Assembly: GCA_045657165.1 (NCBI GenBank)
Contig: JAZOSP010000035.1
Location: forward strand, 1 to 53,633
Length of the DNA: 53,633 bases
From: Eubacteriales bacterium
Lineage (GTDB): Bacteria > Bacillota > Clostridia > Oscillospirales > CAG-272
Direction: 5' to 3'
Positions 19,260 through 28,696 of this stretch are shown here, piece by piece (the first letter of the stretch is position 1; every line of letters begins with the position of its first letter). Made by a program: the position numbers and the translations under genes. Under the pieces are notes generated by a model that saw only the letters and a list, made by a program, of their open reading frames with translations, had not been told where the DNA came from and made no database searches.

Positions 19260-20786
19260 CTAATTGCAAAGCGGCGTCTCGAGCTCGAAAAATTCAAATA
19301 TTTCGCGCCTTGTCTCTTGACGCACGGGATTTACCCCTTCCTCACAATGCTCTGTCTCTCTCAAGTACTCATAAGGGTATTTGGGACGGAAAAGCCGTTT
19401 GATTTTCGTAGGCTTTAGTGCTTCCTTGTCGAATTTCACAAGCTTCGTTACGGCCCCGGCACCAACAGCAAATATTGACTGAGTTTCCTCCATCATATAA
19501 ATGTTATAAAGGCCCTCGTGTCCTTCTATGGAAAATCCGACGTTTTCGAGATTGCCGACGGTATTTTTCTGTCTGTACATATAATAAGGCTTGTACCCGG
19601 CAAACTTGGTTTTTAACTGAGAATAGGAGACACTCTTTGCAGCGTCGCCACCGGAGAGCGAATAAACTCCCGAGTTGTTTCTCAGAGCATCGGATGCTTT
19701 CTTCACCGAAAAGGTATGCACGGTGATATTCGTAGGCGCAAGCTCAATAATTTTATCGATGGTTTCGGAGAAATTCTTAAAATCATCTCCCGGCAGACCT
19801 GCAATCAGGTCGATATTTATGTCTCTTATGCCGCTATCCTTTGCAAGAGAGTAAGCACGGAAGAAGTCATCAGTGGTATGCTTTCTGCCTATCTCTCGCA
19901 AAACGTCGTCGTTAAGTGTCTGCGGATTAACACTGACACGCGTTACGCCGTGCGCCTTAGCAAGCTCGAGCTTCTCTTTCGTTATCGTATCGGGTCGCCC
20001 CGCCTCGAGTGTGAATTCAAGAAGCGAACCTGTATCGATGTACTCCTCTAACTTGTTGAAAATTTTACCAAGCTGCTCAACGCTCAGCGTTGTAGGCGTA
20101 CCGCCTCCTATATAGACCGTTGTAACGCGAAGCCCAAGATTCTTTACGGTATCAAGCGTATCATCAAGGTCTGATAGGAGCGCCACGACGTAATCGTCAA
20201 TCATTGAAAGAAGTCTCGGTGTCGTGTAAGAAACGAAGCTACAATATGCACAGCGAGAGGGACAGAATGGGATTGATATGTATATCGAGCAGGTATCCTT
20301 TTCCATCTTCTTGATAATTTTGTTTTCGGCAGCCGCCACCGAAACGGCAAGAGCTGCCTTTTGCGGATTGAGAAAATACTCGTCTCGCATTATCTTCTTC
20401 GTTTTTATGATACCGTTACCCGATGAGAGCAAACTTCCGGCAACCTTGGCAGGGCGCACTCCCGTAAGAATTCCCCACGGCGGAATATGCCCGAGCATTT
20501 CCTTGCCGGCTGCAAAAATAGCCCGTCCAACGGCAATAGCCGCATGATTTGCAATGTTAATCTTCTCTGTATAGGATACCGTTTCATGTGCCTCGCAAAC
20601 GCGGTCATTAAGCTTGACAGTTACGTACGCCGAGGCAGAGCTGGCGTTATCGTATACGTCAACCGTTACCTCGGGAATCCCCTCGGCAGGCACCTCATCC
20701 TTTCCAAAGGTAGCACCCGGAAAGAATACCATACAAAGCGTTTGAACGTAATATCTGTTAATATCACCGTTTATATTAAGTATCAA
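19260..20786 (-). CDS. hemZ: Radical SAM protein HemZ (HemN-like)
   Basis: PWGILTGVRP, CPSRCAYCSF, YIGGGTPT, EAGRPD, PYYMYRQKN. TTG start after AGGAGGT, overlapping the dtd stop. Confidence 0.9.
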   Translation of the reverse strand: MILNINGDINRYYVQTLCMVFFPGATFGKDEVPAEGIPEVTVDVYDNASSASAYVTVKLNDRVCEAHETVSYTEKINIANHAAIAVGRAIFAAGKEMLGHIPPWGILTGVRPAKVAGSLLSSGNGIIKTKKIMRDEYFLNPQKAALAVSVAAAENKIIKKMEKDTCSIYISIPFCPSRCAYCSFVSYTTPRLLSMIDDYVVALLSDLDDTLDTVKNLGLRVTTVYIGGGTPTTLSVEQLGKIFNKLEEYIDTGSLLEFTLEAGRPDTITKEKLELAKAHGVTRVSVNPQTLNDDVLREIGRKHTTDDFFRAYSLAKDSGIRDINIDLIAGLPGDDFKNFSETIDKIIELAPTNITVHTFSVKKASDALRNNSGVYSLSGGDAAKSVSYSQLKTKFAGYKPYYMYRQKNTVGNLENVGFSIEGHEGLYNIYMMEETQSIFAVGAGAVTKLVKFDKEALKPTKIKRLFRPKYPYEYLRETEHCEEGVNPVRQETRREIFEFFELETPLCN

Positions 20787-21250
20787 CGTGCCACCTCCTT
20801 TTTGAGAAGAATTGCTGAATTCATGACTATAGTTATCGGACCGTCCGTCTGCATATCGGTTACCATATGTGCACCAAAAATCCCGGTCTCGCACTTGCCG
20901 AGCCGCGACGTTACCTCCGCGACAAAATGCTCATAGAGTCGCTTTGCTTCATCAGGTGCTGCAGAGTTAAGAAAATCCGGGCGGTTACCGTGCGCGTAAT
21001 TTGCGCAAAGCGTAAAATTGGATACAACGAGCAGCTCGCCCGACACCTCACGAACCGAAAGATTCATTTTTCCACCCTCGTCGGTGAATATACGCAGCTT
21101 TGATATTTTTTCGGCAAGGGCTACGGAGTCACACTCCGAATCACCGCGCTCAACTCCGAGAAGAACGTAGAGTCCTTTACCAATTTTACCCGATTCGACA
21201 CCGTCGGCAATGACCGACGCCGAGTGTACTCTCTGTATTACGGCAACCAT
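20783..21250 (-). CDS. dtd: D-aminoacyl-tRNA deacylase
   Basis: AVIQRV, LRIF..GKMNLS, SNFTL, DGPIT; follows rel. Confidence 0.95.
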   Translation of the reverse strand: MVAVIQRVHSASVIADGVESGKIGKGLYVLLGVERGDSECDSVALAEKISKLRIFTDEGGKMNLSVREVSGELLVVSNFTLCANYAHGNRPDFLNSAAPDEAKRLYEHFVAEVTSRLGKCETGIFGAHMVTDMQTDGPITIVMNSAILLKKEVAR

Positions 21251-21261
21251 TTATATCTCCT

Positions 21262-23472
21262 TTAATGAGTGAAGCCTCTCGCTACGGAAACAACCTTCGC
21301 AACAGAGCGAAGACGTGATACTATTGAATCATAATGCGACGTACTCTTACAGCCGACAACGATATTTATTGCCATTTGACCGTTTTTAAGCACCTGAGTG
21401 TTTATCTGAGATATTGACACCTTCATATCGGCAAGAGCCATTGAAATCCCTGCTATAACGCCGATACCGTCCTCGGCAATAACCTGAAGTGCTGCCTCAT
21501 AGGTAGCTCCTGCTGAAAGTGAATCCGCCTTTTCCCATTCCGCACGCACCCAGCGCGCAAGATTTTCTTCATTACGGCGGGATTCGATAACGTTAGGACA
21601 GTCTGACTTATGCACCGACACGCCGAAGCCGCGTGTGATAAAGCCGACAATTTTATCACCGGGAAGCGGATTGCAGCACCTTGCAAACTTGATCTGACAG
21701 CCTGCCTCACCGTCGACAAGAACACCGCCCGCGGAGCGATTACGCTTATACGTGTCGTTGAGCTTAATCTTAGAAAGCTCCTCCTCCGGTGTTGCCTCAG
21801 GCTCGTCATCAGCATGAAGCTTGTCGATTTCTTCCTTGATTTTTGGTATAAAGCGCTGAAGAGATATTCCGCCAAAGCCGAGCGTATTATAAAAATCGTC
21901 GGCAGTGTTGATTCCGACACGCTTTGCAACGGTGGCAATTATTTCGTTAAGCTCTGCCTCGGTGCAAGTACCGAGCTTCTTAACCTCCTTCTCGACCTCT
22001 GCCCTTCCCACCTCAATATTCTCGGGACGGCGCTCACGCTTGAACCACTGTCTGATTTTACTGCGTGCTTGACCGGTTTTTACTATCTTGAGCCAATCTC
22101 TGCTCGGTCCCTTTGATGACTGAGAGGTGATTATTTCGATTATATCTCCGTTTTGCGGAATTTTGTCAATGGGAACTATAACACCGTTGATTTTAGCACC
22201 CATCATCTTATTGCCGACAGCAGAATGTATTGCATAGGCGAAGTCGATGGCAGTCGAGCCCTGCGGTAGCGATATTACGTCGCCCTTTGGCGTGAAAACA
22301 AAGGTTTCATCGTGGAAAATATCTGTCTTGAATGAGTGAATGAACTCGTCTGGGTCGCGAGTGTTTTCGTCGGATTCAAGAAGCTGAGCAATCCAACGAA
22401 GCTTTTCGTCAATATTGCTCGTTGCCTTCTCGCCTGACTTGTATTTCCAGTGCGCAGCTATACCGAACTCCGCCTCCTCGTGCATTTGACGGGTTCTTAT
22501 CTGCACCTCAAACGGAATACCGCTATGTCCTATTACAGTAGTATGAAGCGAACGGTAGAGATTAGGCTTGGGTGTTGAGATATAGTCCTTGAATCTTCCG
22601 GGAACCGATTTGAACATCTCGTGTACAAGACCGAGCGCGGTATAGCACTCAAGCTCGGTATCGACAATAATTCTTACAGCATAGAAGTCGTATATCTCGT
22701 CGAATGACTTATTGAGGGTGTACATCTTCCGATAAAGGCTGTAAACCGATTTGATACGCCCCTCAAGGGCGAAATTGATTTTATTCTCGTTAAGCTTTGC
22801 CGCGAGCTGCTCCTTTGCCTCCTCCATAAAGCTTCGGTTCTGCCCGTATTTCTTCTCTATCGAGGAATGAACCTCCTCGTAGCCGACGCTGTCGAGGTAA
22901 TAAAGGCTGAGATTTTCAAGCTCCTGCTTAATCCTCTGAATACCCAGCCTGTGAGCCAGAGGAGCATAAATATACATCGTTTCAAGCGCAATAGCTCTTT
23001 GACGGTCCTCTTTTTTTGCAGAAAGAGTTCGCATGTTGTGAAGTCTGTCACAAAGCTTGATAAAGATAACTCTTATATCCTTATTCATCGCAAGAAGCAT
23101 CTTGCGAATGTTTTCAATATGAGCCTCCTCCTTATCGGCAACCTGCACCTGAATAATCTTGGTAAGACCGTCAACAAGCATCGAAATTTCAACACCGAAC
23201 ATCTTGGTTAATATCTCAAGATTCGTCTTATCGGCACAGTCCTCCACTGTATCGTGAAGAAGGGCAGCGCAAATTGAATCGGTATCAAGCCCCAGCTCGG
23301 TTACGATTTTTGCAACCGCAACGGGGTGGCTGATATATGGCTCGCCGCTTTGACGGAACTGTCCCTCGTGCAGCTGCTCGGCATACGAGTATGCCGCAAC
23401 TATTTTATCAATATCATAATTTTTCTCGCCGCGCTTGATAAGCTCGAGAAGTGATTGCATTTCTACGTACAT
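21262..23472 (-). CDS. relA: Bifunctional (p)ppGpp synthetase/hydrolase Rel
   Basis: HD domain (ALLHDTVED), synthetase (GRIKSVYS, YRSLHT, EVQIRT), TGS, CC and ACT domains. Confidence 0.96.
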   Translation of the reverse strand: MYVEMQSLLELIKRGEKNYDIDKIVAAYSYAEQLHEGQFRQSGEPYISHPVAVAKIVTELGLDTDSICAALLHDTVEDCADKTNLEILTKMFGVEISMLVDGLTKIIQVQVADKEEAHIENIRKMLLAMNKDIRVIFIKLCDRLHNMRTLSAKKEDRQRAIALETMYIYAPLAHRLGIQRIKQELENLSLYYLDSVGYEEVHSSIEKKYGQNRSFMEEAKEQLAAKLNENKINFALEGRIKSVYSLYRKMYTLNKSFDEIYDFYAVRIIVDTELECYTALGLVHEMFKSVPGRFKDYISTPKPNLYRSLHTTVIGHSGIPFEVQIRTRQMHEEAEFGIAAHWKYKSGEKATSNIDEKLRWIAQLLESDENTRDPDEFIHSFKTDIFHDETFVFTPKGDVISLPQGSTAIDFAYAIHSAVGNKMMGAKINGVIVPIDKIPQNGDIIEIITSQSSKGPSRDWLKIVKTGQARSKIRQWFKRERRPENIEVGRAEVEKEVKKLGTCTEAELNEIIATVAKRVGINTADDFYNTLGFGGISLQRFIPKIKEEIDKLHADDEPEATPEEELSKIKLNDTYKRNRSAGGVLVDGEAGCQIKFARCCNPLPGDKIVGFITRGFGVSVHKSDCPNVIESRRNEENLARWVRAEWEKADSLSAGATYEAALQVIAEDGIGVIAGISMALADMKVSISQINTQVLKNGQMAINIVVGCKSTSHYDSIVSRLRSVAKVVSVARGFTH

Positions 23473-23495
23473 AAGCGTTTCCTACGGATAAAAAT

Positions 23496-25694
23496 TTACT
23501 GCTCTCTGCCTCTTGCCATCTGTGACCTAAGTCGGCGAAGAAGCGTTGATTTTTCAAGATCTGTCTTCGAGGTTGAATAGTGAATACCGAATTTATACAC
23601 CTCGTCATCAATTTCGTCTATAGCTACTATGTTAAGCTCCTTCATGACCATAACGATGATTTTGAGCTTGACGTAGCCTATACCTGCCCCCGATTCCGAG
23701 CGTGCGAGCCTCGAGGTAATGTCTCTGTGCGATAAAGTGTCCGTGCCTGAGCGCAGGGAGTTAAAAATCAGTCTGTATACCTCTGCAAAATCAGCACGCG
23801 TTGGAAGAATATTTTCGTCCTCGCCAAACGGAGCGCCCCCTCTGATTTCCTCAAAGCGCTCGCGCTCTCTTAAATGAGCCGATCTTTGCGCTTCCGAGGG
23901 ATGAAGATCCCTAACGATAAGCTGAACACTCTTTCGACCGCCCCAATCGTTAATATCGACGTTAAAGAGCACGTCGATTTTATCCCCCACGTAAATGCTG
24001 AGCGAAGCAGGAGACTGCGAAAAATACATAGCGGGTATAGTAAATCTGCCGTTGCCAAGTATCAGCTTTGTGTGCTTGCCTGCGCTTACGCCGGAAATTT
24101 CATTAACCGTAACTCCGCAAAGAACGAAGGTAGGAACCGGGTTGCCGACACCGTACGGCTCAAGCATAAGAAGCTCCTCTGCAAGGGCGAGCGTTACGTC
24201 GGTAAAGGAAATTTCGGAATCCACCTCGAGTGTAGCTACCATATCCTCCTCGGTGAGATTTTTAGCTGCGTATTCGTTAATAAGACTACGGAAATTATCA
24301 AGCTCTCCGCGAGTCACCGAAAGTCCTGCCGCAAGCTCGTGTCCTCCGAATTTAACGAGGTGCTCCCTGCAATAGCAAAGTGCGTCGACAAGATTCATGC
24401 CCTTAATGCTTCTGCCGGAGCCCTTACCCACGTCATCGGGCGAGGGGGCGCCGCTATTTCCCTCAAATGAAACGAGAATCGAGGGGCGCGAATAGCGCTC
24501 GGTTATTCTTGAGGCGACAATACCTATAACGCCGTGATGCCAGCTGTCGGCATCAAGAACTATTACGGGGTTTTTCTCAATATCGTATTTCTCAATTTTG
24601 AGATATGCCTCCTCCATTATTTTATTTTCCTCTGTCTGGCGCTCCTTATTCGTGCGGCAAAGCTCCTCAGCGATTGACATTGCCGTATCCAGGTCCTCCG
24701 AGAGGAACAGCTCCACTGCTACCGAGGCAGTCCTTATGCGTCCTGCCGCATTGATTCTCGGCGCAAGGGTGTAGCCCACGTAGCCCGAGGTAATCTTGTT
24801 TTTCTTTTTCTTTTTATCGGTTCTTTGCAGCTCAAGCTTTGACGAGGATGCATCAATAAGTGCGGAAATCCCAAGGCGAGGTGCAACCTCGATCATATGC
24901 AAACCATAGCTGACAATTATGCGGTTCTCTTCCTTTATAGGCATAACGTCGGCTATCGTGCCGATTGCGACGAGATCGGCATACCTTGAGAAAATCCTTT
25001 TTGCCGCCTCAATACGCGAATAACCGTGTGCCGCCTCCTCGTAGGCGCAAATAAGCTTAAACACGACACCGACACCCGCGAGCTCCTTAAATGGGTAAGG
25101 ACAATCGGGGCGGTGTGGATTGATAACCGCCTCTGCAAGAGGAAGCTCGGCTCGACACTCATGATGGTCGGTTATTATGAAATCAACCCCAAGCTCCTTT
25201 GCAAAAAGAACCTCCTCGTTTGCCGTAATGCCTGTATCAACGGTAATAATGAGCGTTGTGCCGCCGTTTTTGATTCCCTCTATTGCCGAGGTTGAAACGC
25301 CGTAGCCCTCGCCTGCCCTGTTTGGTATGTAATATTCAACGTTAGCACCGAGCGAGGCAAGATAAAGATAGAGTGTGCATACCGAGGTAACGCCGTCAAC
25401 GTCGTAGTCGCCGTAAACGGTAATTTTCTCTCCGTCCTCAATAGCCCTCATAATGCGGCTTACACCCTTTTTCATATCCATCATGTCAAAGGGGTTTAAG
25501 AGCATTTCGCTCTCCATTTTAATAAATTTCTTCGCGGACTCGGTGTCGGTATATCCGCGACTGTAAAGAAGCTTCGCAATTATGGGATTTATCCCAAGCG
25601 AGCTTGCGATTTTTTCAATTTCTAAAGTCGACTCGTCCGAGCCGTCTGACCTGAAAATCCAGCGCTTCTCCTTCGTTTCCTTTTTTAATTTCAT
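23496..25694 (-). CDS. recJ: ssDNA-specific exonuclease RecJ
   Basis: YGDYDVDG, TDHH, GTIADV, APRINAAGR, FGGHELAAG. Confidence 0.96.
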   Translation of the reverse strand: MKLKKETKEKRWIFRSDGSDESTLEIEKIASSLGINPIIAKLLYSRGYTDTESAKKFIKMESEMLLNPFDMMDMKKGVSRIMRAIEDGEKITVYGDYDVDGVTSVCTLYLYLASLGANVEYYIPNRAGEGYGVSTSAIEGIKNGGTTLIITVDTGITANEEVLFAKELGVDFIITDHHECRAELPLAEAVINPHRPDCPYPFKELAGVGVVFKLICAYEEAAHGYSRIEAAKRIFSRYADLVAIGTIADVMPIKEENRIIVSYGLHMIEVAPRLGISALIDASSSKLELQRTDKKKKKNKITSGYVGYTLAPRINAAGRIRTASVAVELFLSEDLDTAMSIAEELCRTNKERQTEENKIMEEAYLKIEKYDIEKNPVIVLDADSWHHGVIGIVASRITERYSRPSILVSFEGNSGAPSPDDVGKGSGRSIKGMNLVDALCYCREHLVKFGGHELAAGLSVTRGELDNFRSLINEYAAKNLTEEDMVATLEVDSEISFTDVTLALAEELLMLEPYGVGNPVPTFVLCGVTVNEISGVSAGKHTKLILGNGRFTIPAMYFSQSPASLSIYVGDKIDVLFNVDINDWGGRKSVQLIVRDLHPSEAQRSAHLRERERFEEIRGGAPFGEDENILPTRADFAEVYRLIFNSLRSGTDTLSHRDITSRLARSESGAGIGYVKLKIIVMVMKELNIVAIDEIDDEVYKFGIHYSTSKTDLEKSTLLRRLRSQMARGREQ

Positions 25695-25799
25695 TTATTT
25701 TGACCGTTAGTGGGATTTCTCCCGCCTTCCATTTTATTATCCTGTTTGAGAGCAGTCTTGGTTTCACCTGCTTATGCGAGAGTGAATTTTCTCTCTCGC

Positions 25800-27416
25800 C
25801 TATTGGGGAGCGAATTTTTTCATAAGCGCAAGAGCGCATCTCGTGCCGTCTATTGCAGCACTCGTGATTCCGCCGGCGTAGCCTGCCCCCTCGCCTGCGG
25901 GATATAGATTGTCAAAGCCGACTGCTGTACGCTCCTCGGCATCTCTTGTGATTCTTATCGGTGCGCTTGTTCTCGTTTCAGCACCCGTTAATACGGCATC
26001 TGCCGAAGCAAACCCTTTTATTTTACTATCAAAGCATAGAAGTGCCCGCTTTATTGATTCACACACAAACTCGGGTAAATAACTCTCGGGACGCGCAAGA
26101 CGCACGTTAATGCCGTTCATGTAGGTAGGTAAGACACGGCTCGGTTCGCTTTTGCAACCTCCGCGAAGAAAATCGCCCACAGTAATTATCGGAGCGGAAA
26201 ATTCACCGCCGCCTGCGGAATAAGCCGCGCGCTCAATCCTGCGCTGAAAATCGATAGCTGCACGAGGAGTTGCGCCGTAATCCTCGCGAAAAACCGAGCA
26301 TACAACGGCGGAATTGGAGTTCCTGCCGCTTCTGCTGTTGTAGCTCATACCGTTGACAACCACGCCGCCATTCTCGCTCGTCGCGGCAACGACCTCGCCG
26401 CCGGGACACATACAGAAGGTGTATACGCCACGAGTTTTCGTGTCCGCAGAAAGTGCGTACTCGGCGTGTCCGAGGCGCTCGTCACCCGCCATTTTACCAT
26501 ACATTGCACGGTCGATATCCTCTGCAAGGTGCTCAATACGCATACCAACCGAAAATGGCTTTGCTTCAAGCACCAACGAATCTGCCATAAGACGCTCGTA
26601 GGTATCTCTTGCGCTATGCCCGACAGCAAGAATGAGCGCGCCGGCCGCTATCTCACCCTTGTCAGTGCTCACAGAATGAACGCGACCGCCTTGGGAGTTA
26701 GCGCGCAAAAAGCGTGTATGGTAAAGAATTTTTCCGCCAAGCTCTTCTATGCGAAGAAGCATCCCCTCAACAATTTTCGAGAGAACGTCGGTACCTACGT
26801 GAGGCTTGGCAATGTATTTTATCGACTCGTCGGCTCCAAATTCAACGAACCGGTCAAGAACGTATGAGGTCATAGGATCGTTAATACGCGTCACGAGCTT
26901 GCCGTCGGAAAAGGTTCCCGCACCGCCCGCACCAAACTGAATGTTGGTGTCGGGGTCGAGAATGTGATATTTGTTCAACCGTTTGACTGCTTCATGACGC
27001 TCGGATACGTTACCGCCGCGCTCAAGCACTGTAGGCGCGTATCCCCACTCGGCAAGCATAAGAGCGGCAAAGAGACCCGCCGGTCCCGTGCCTACCACAA
27101 CCGGCGGTGCTGAGGACTTCTCAGAGCCAATAGACGGACGTGGAGTGTCAAGTGACATACGTACAAGGTTGTTCTCGCGCAAAAGGGAGTCGGACAGCTC
27201 AAACGGCAAATTTTTAACCGCCACCGAATAAACGAACATTATTTTATCTTTTTTGCGCGCGTCGATGCTGCGTCGAAAAATCGAAAGCTCGGCGTCTCGT
27301 GTGGAGATACCAAGCCTTGTAAGCCTCTTTTTAGCAACCGAAAACGCCTCTTTGAAAGAGGCGCTTACCGGCAGCTTGATGTTATTAACCAAAAGGCTTG
27401 TCGCCGCGGCGCTCAT
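25800..27416 (-). CDS. Uncharacterised FAD-dependent oxidoreductase (COG2509-like)
   Basis: VVGTGPAGLFAA, FGAGGAGTFSDGKL, FCMCPGG, GEGAGYAGGI. Confidence 0.85.
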   Translation of the reverse strand: MSAAATSLLVNNIKLPVSASFKEAFSVAKKRLTRLGISTRDAELSIFRRSIDARKKDKIMFVYSVAVKNLPFELSDSLLRENNLVRMSLDTPRPSIGSEKSSAPPVVVGTGPAGLFAALMLAEWGYAPTVLERGGNVSERHEAVKRLNKYHILDPDTNIQFGAGGAGTFSDGKLVTRINDPMTSYVLDRFVEFGADESIKYIAKPHVGTDVLSKIVEGMLLRIEELGGKILYHTRFLRANSQGGRVHSVSTDKGEIAAGALILAVGHSARDTYERLMADSLVLEAKPFSVGMRIEHLAEDIDRAMYGKMAGDERLGHAEYALSADTKTRGVYTFCMCPGGEVVAATSENGGVVVNGMSYNSRSGRNSNSAVVCSVFREDYGATPRAAIDFQRRIERAAYSAGGGEFSAPIITVGDFLRGGCKSEPSRVLPTYMNGINVRLARPESYLPEFVCESIKRALLCFDSKIKGFASADAVLTGAETRTSAPIRITRDAEERTAVGFDNLYPAGEGAGYAGGITSAAIDGTRCALALMKKFAPQ

Positions 27417-27571
27417 AAGAGTCCTCGCAAATTGGCAAGAAGACTCACAGCGGCAGTAGGGTCGGTTGACTCGGAGTATTTAACGAGCAACCAGAAGGCT
27501 ACCGCTGCCACAAGGCAGGCAAAAACGGTAAGAAATGTATTAAGCTTTATACCAAAAATTTTCTTTTTCAT
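27413..27571 (-). CDS. 52-aa single-pass membrane protein resembling the CdaR/YbbR anchor (not in ORF track)
   Basis: GGAG RBS; MKKKIFGIKLNTFLTVFACLVAAVAFWLLVKYSESTDPTAAVSLLANLRGLL*; TGA overlaps the ATG of the next gene. Confidence 0.75.
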   Translation of the reverse strand: MKKKIFGIKLNTFLTVFACLVAAVAFWLLVKYSESTDPTAAVSLLANLRGLL

Positions 27572-27586
27572 ATCCACTCCGAAAAA

Positions 27587-28453
27587 TCAAACGCTTTCAT
27601 CGTCGGTATATTCCGTGCGTAAAATCTTCTTCATCAGGTATTTACGAAGGCTGTCGGCGGTAAAGTTACGTGTCAAGGTGCAGTCGTAGGCAACCGAAAC
27701 AATACCCGTTTCCTCAGAAACGACGATAATGATTGCGTCGCTTGTCTCGCTCATACCGAGAGCTGCTCTGTGCCTTGTGCCAAGGTCGCTGTCCACATCC
27801 GAGCGGCGGGTCAGGGGTAAAAGGCAGCCTGCTGCCATTATGCGCCCCTCGTCGATGATTACGGCACCGTCGTGAAGCGGAGCCTTGTTGAAGAAGAGAT
27901 TTCTTAGTAAATAGGAGTTGACGTCGGCATTGATAGTAATTCCTGTCTGTACGACATCATCGAGCTGGGTTGTGCGCTCAATAACTATCAGCGCACCGGT
28001 TTTTGAGGCAGATAGCTCGCGAACCGCAGAACAAATAGCGTCAATAGCACGGTAATACATCTGCTTACGGTGCTTTTGCTCCCCTATCGTCAATATGCCG
28101 TGAATCGAACCGGAGCCAAGCTTCTCAAGCGCATCGCGAATCTCCGGCTGAAAAATAATTATCACAGCAAGAGCGCCAATCTGGAAAATGCCGGAGAGTA
28201 TAAATCTCACGCCAGACAAATCAAGCACAAGCGCGACAACGAACACGACAAGGCAAACGAGAATACCAATGATAAGCGCACCTGCTTTTCTACCCTTCAG
28301 GAACTTTACCGCCAGCGTAAAGAAAAGAGTAAGCAAGAGAATATCAAGTGCATCCGCAAACGAAAACTCGTAAAAGGCTGTTTTAACAAATTCAAAAAAT
28401 TTGCCGATTTCTTCCCAAAGAGCACCGGCTTCCACGTTAAGCAGATTATTCAT
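27587..28453 (-). CDS. dacA: Diadenylate cyclase CdaA/DacA
   Basis: Three N-terminal TM helices, IFQPEIRDALE, GALIVIER, PLHDGA, GTRHRAA. Confidence 0.95.
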   Translation of the reverse strand: MNNLLNVEAGALWEEIGKFFEFVKTAFYEFSFADALDILLLTLFFTLAVKFLKGRKAGALIIGILVCLVVFVVALVLDLSGVRFILSGIFQIGALAVIIIFQPEIRDALEKLGSGSIHGILTIGEQKHRKQMYYRAIDAICSAVRELSASKTGALIVIERTTQLDDVVQTGITINADVNSYLLRNLFFNKAPLHDGAVIIDEGRIMAAGCLLPLTRRSDVDSDLGTRHRAALGMSETSDAIIIVVSEETGIVSVAYDCTLTRNFTADSLRKYLMKKILRTEYTDDESV

Positions 28454-28527
28454 TTTATACCTCAAGCGGTCATCATAGACCGACAAAATTCATTAAAAAA
28501 CGACGAAAATTCATCACTACAGTATTT

Positions 28528-28556
28528 AGTATAACATATATTCGCGCAAATTGCAA
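28528..28556 (-). promoter_or_regulatory. Sigma-A promoter of the dacA operon
   Basis: TTGCAA-N17-TATACT with extended TG. Confidence 0.65.
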
Positions 28557-28637
28557 TATATTTTTTATATTTTATTCGCAACACTTAAAACCAAACCCGT
28601 GTTAAGAAATTTGCGATAAAATAATATACCAAACCTA

Positions 28638-28666
28638 TTGACAAAATTACAACAGCGGTGTATAAT
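28638..28666 (+). promoter_or_regulatory. Consensus sigma-A promoter of the Crp/Fnr-ABC operon
   Basis: TTGACA-N17-TATAAT, perfect consensus. Confidence 0.85.
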
Positions 28667-28682
28667 TGTATCACATGATACA
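28667..28682. promoter_or_regulatory. Candidate operator palindrome
   Basis: TGTATCA-CA-TGATACA immediately downstream of the -10 element, over the predicted +1. Confidence 0.65.
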
Positions 28683-28696
28683 CTTTTGGAGTGCCT

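Noticed and set aside
20787-20894. N-terminal extensions in the ORF track (hemZ; likewise cmk, efp, aroK, rpmA, yqeG)
   Set aside because: Better RBS-supported starts lie downstream, and the extensions overlap neighbouring genes or promoters.
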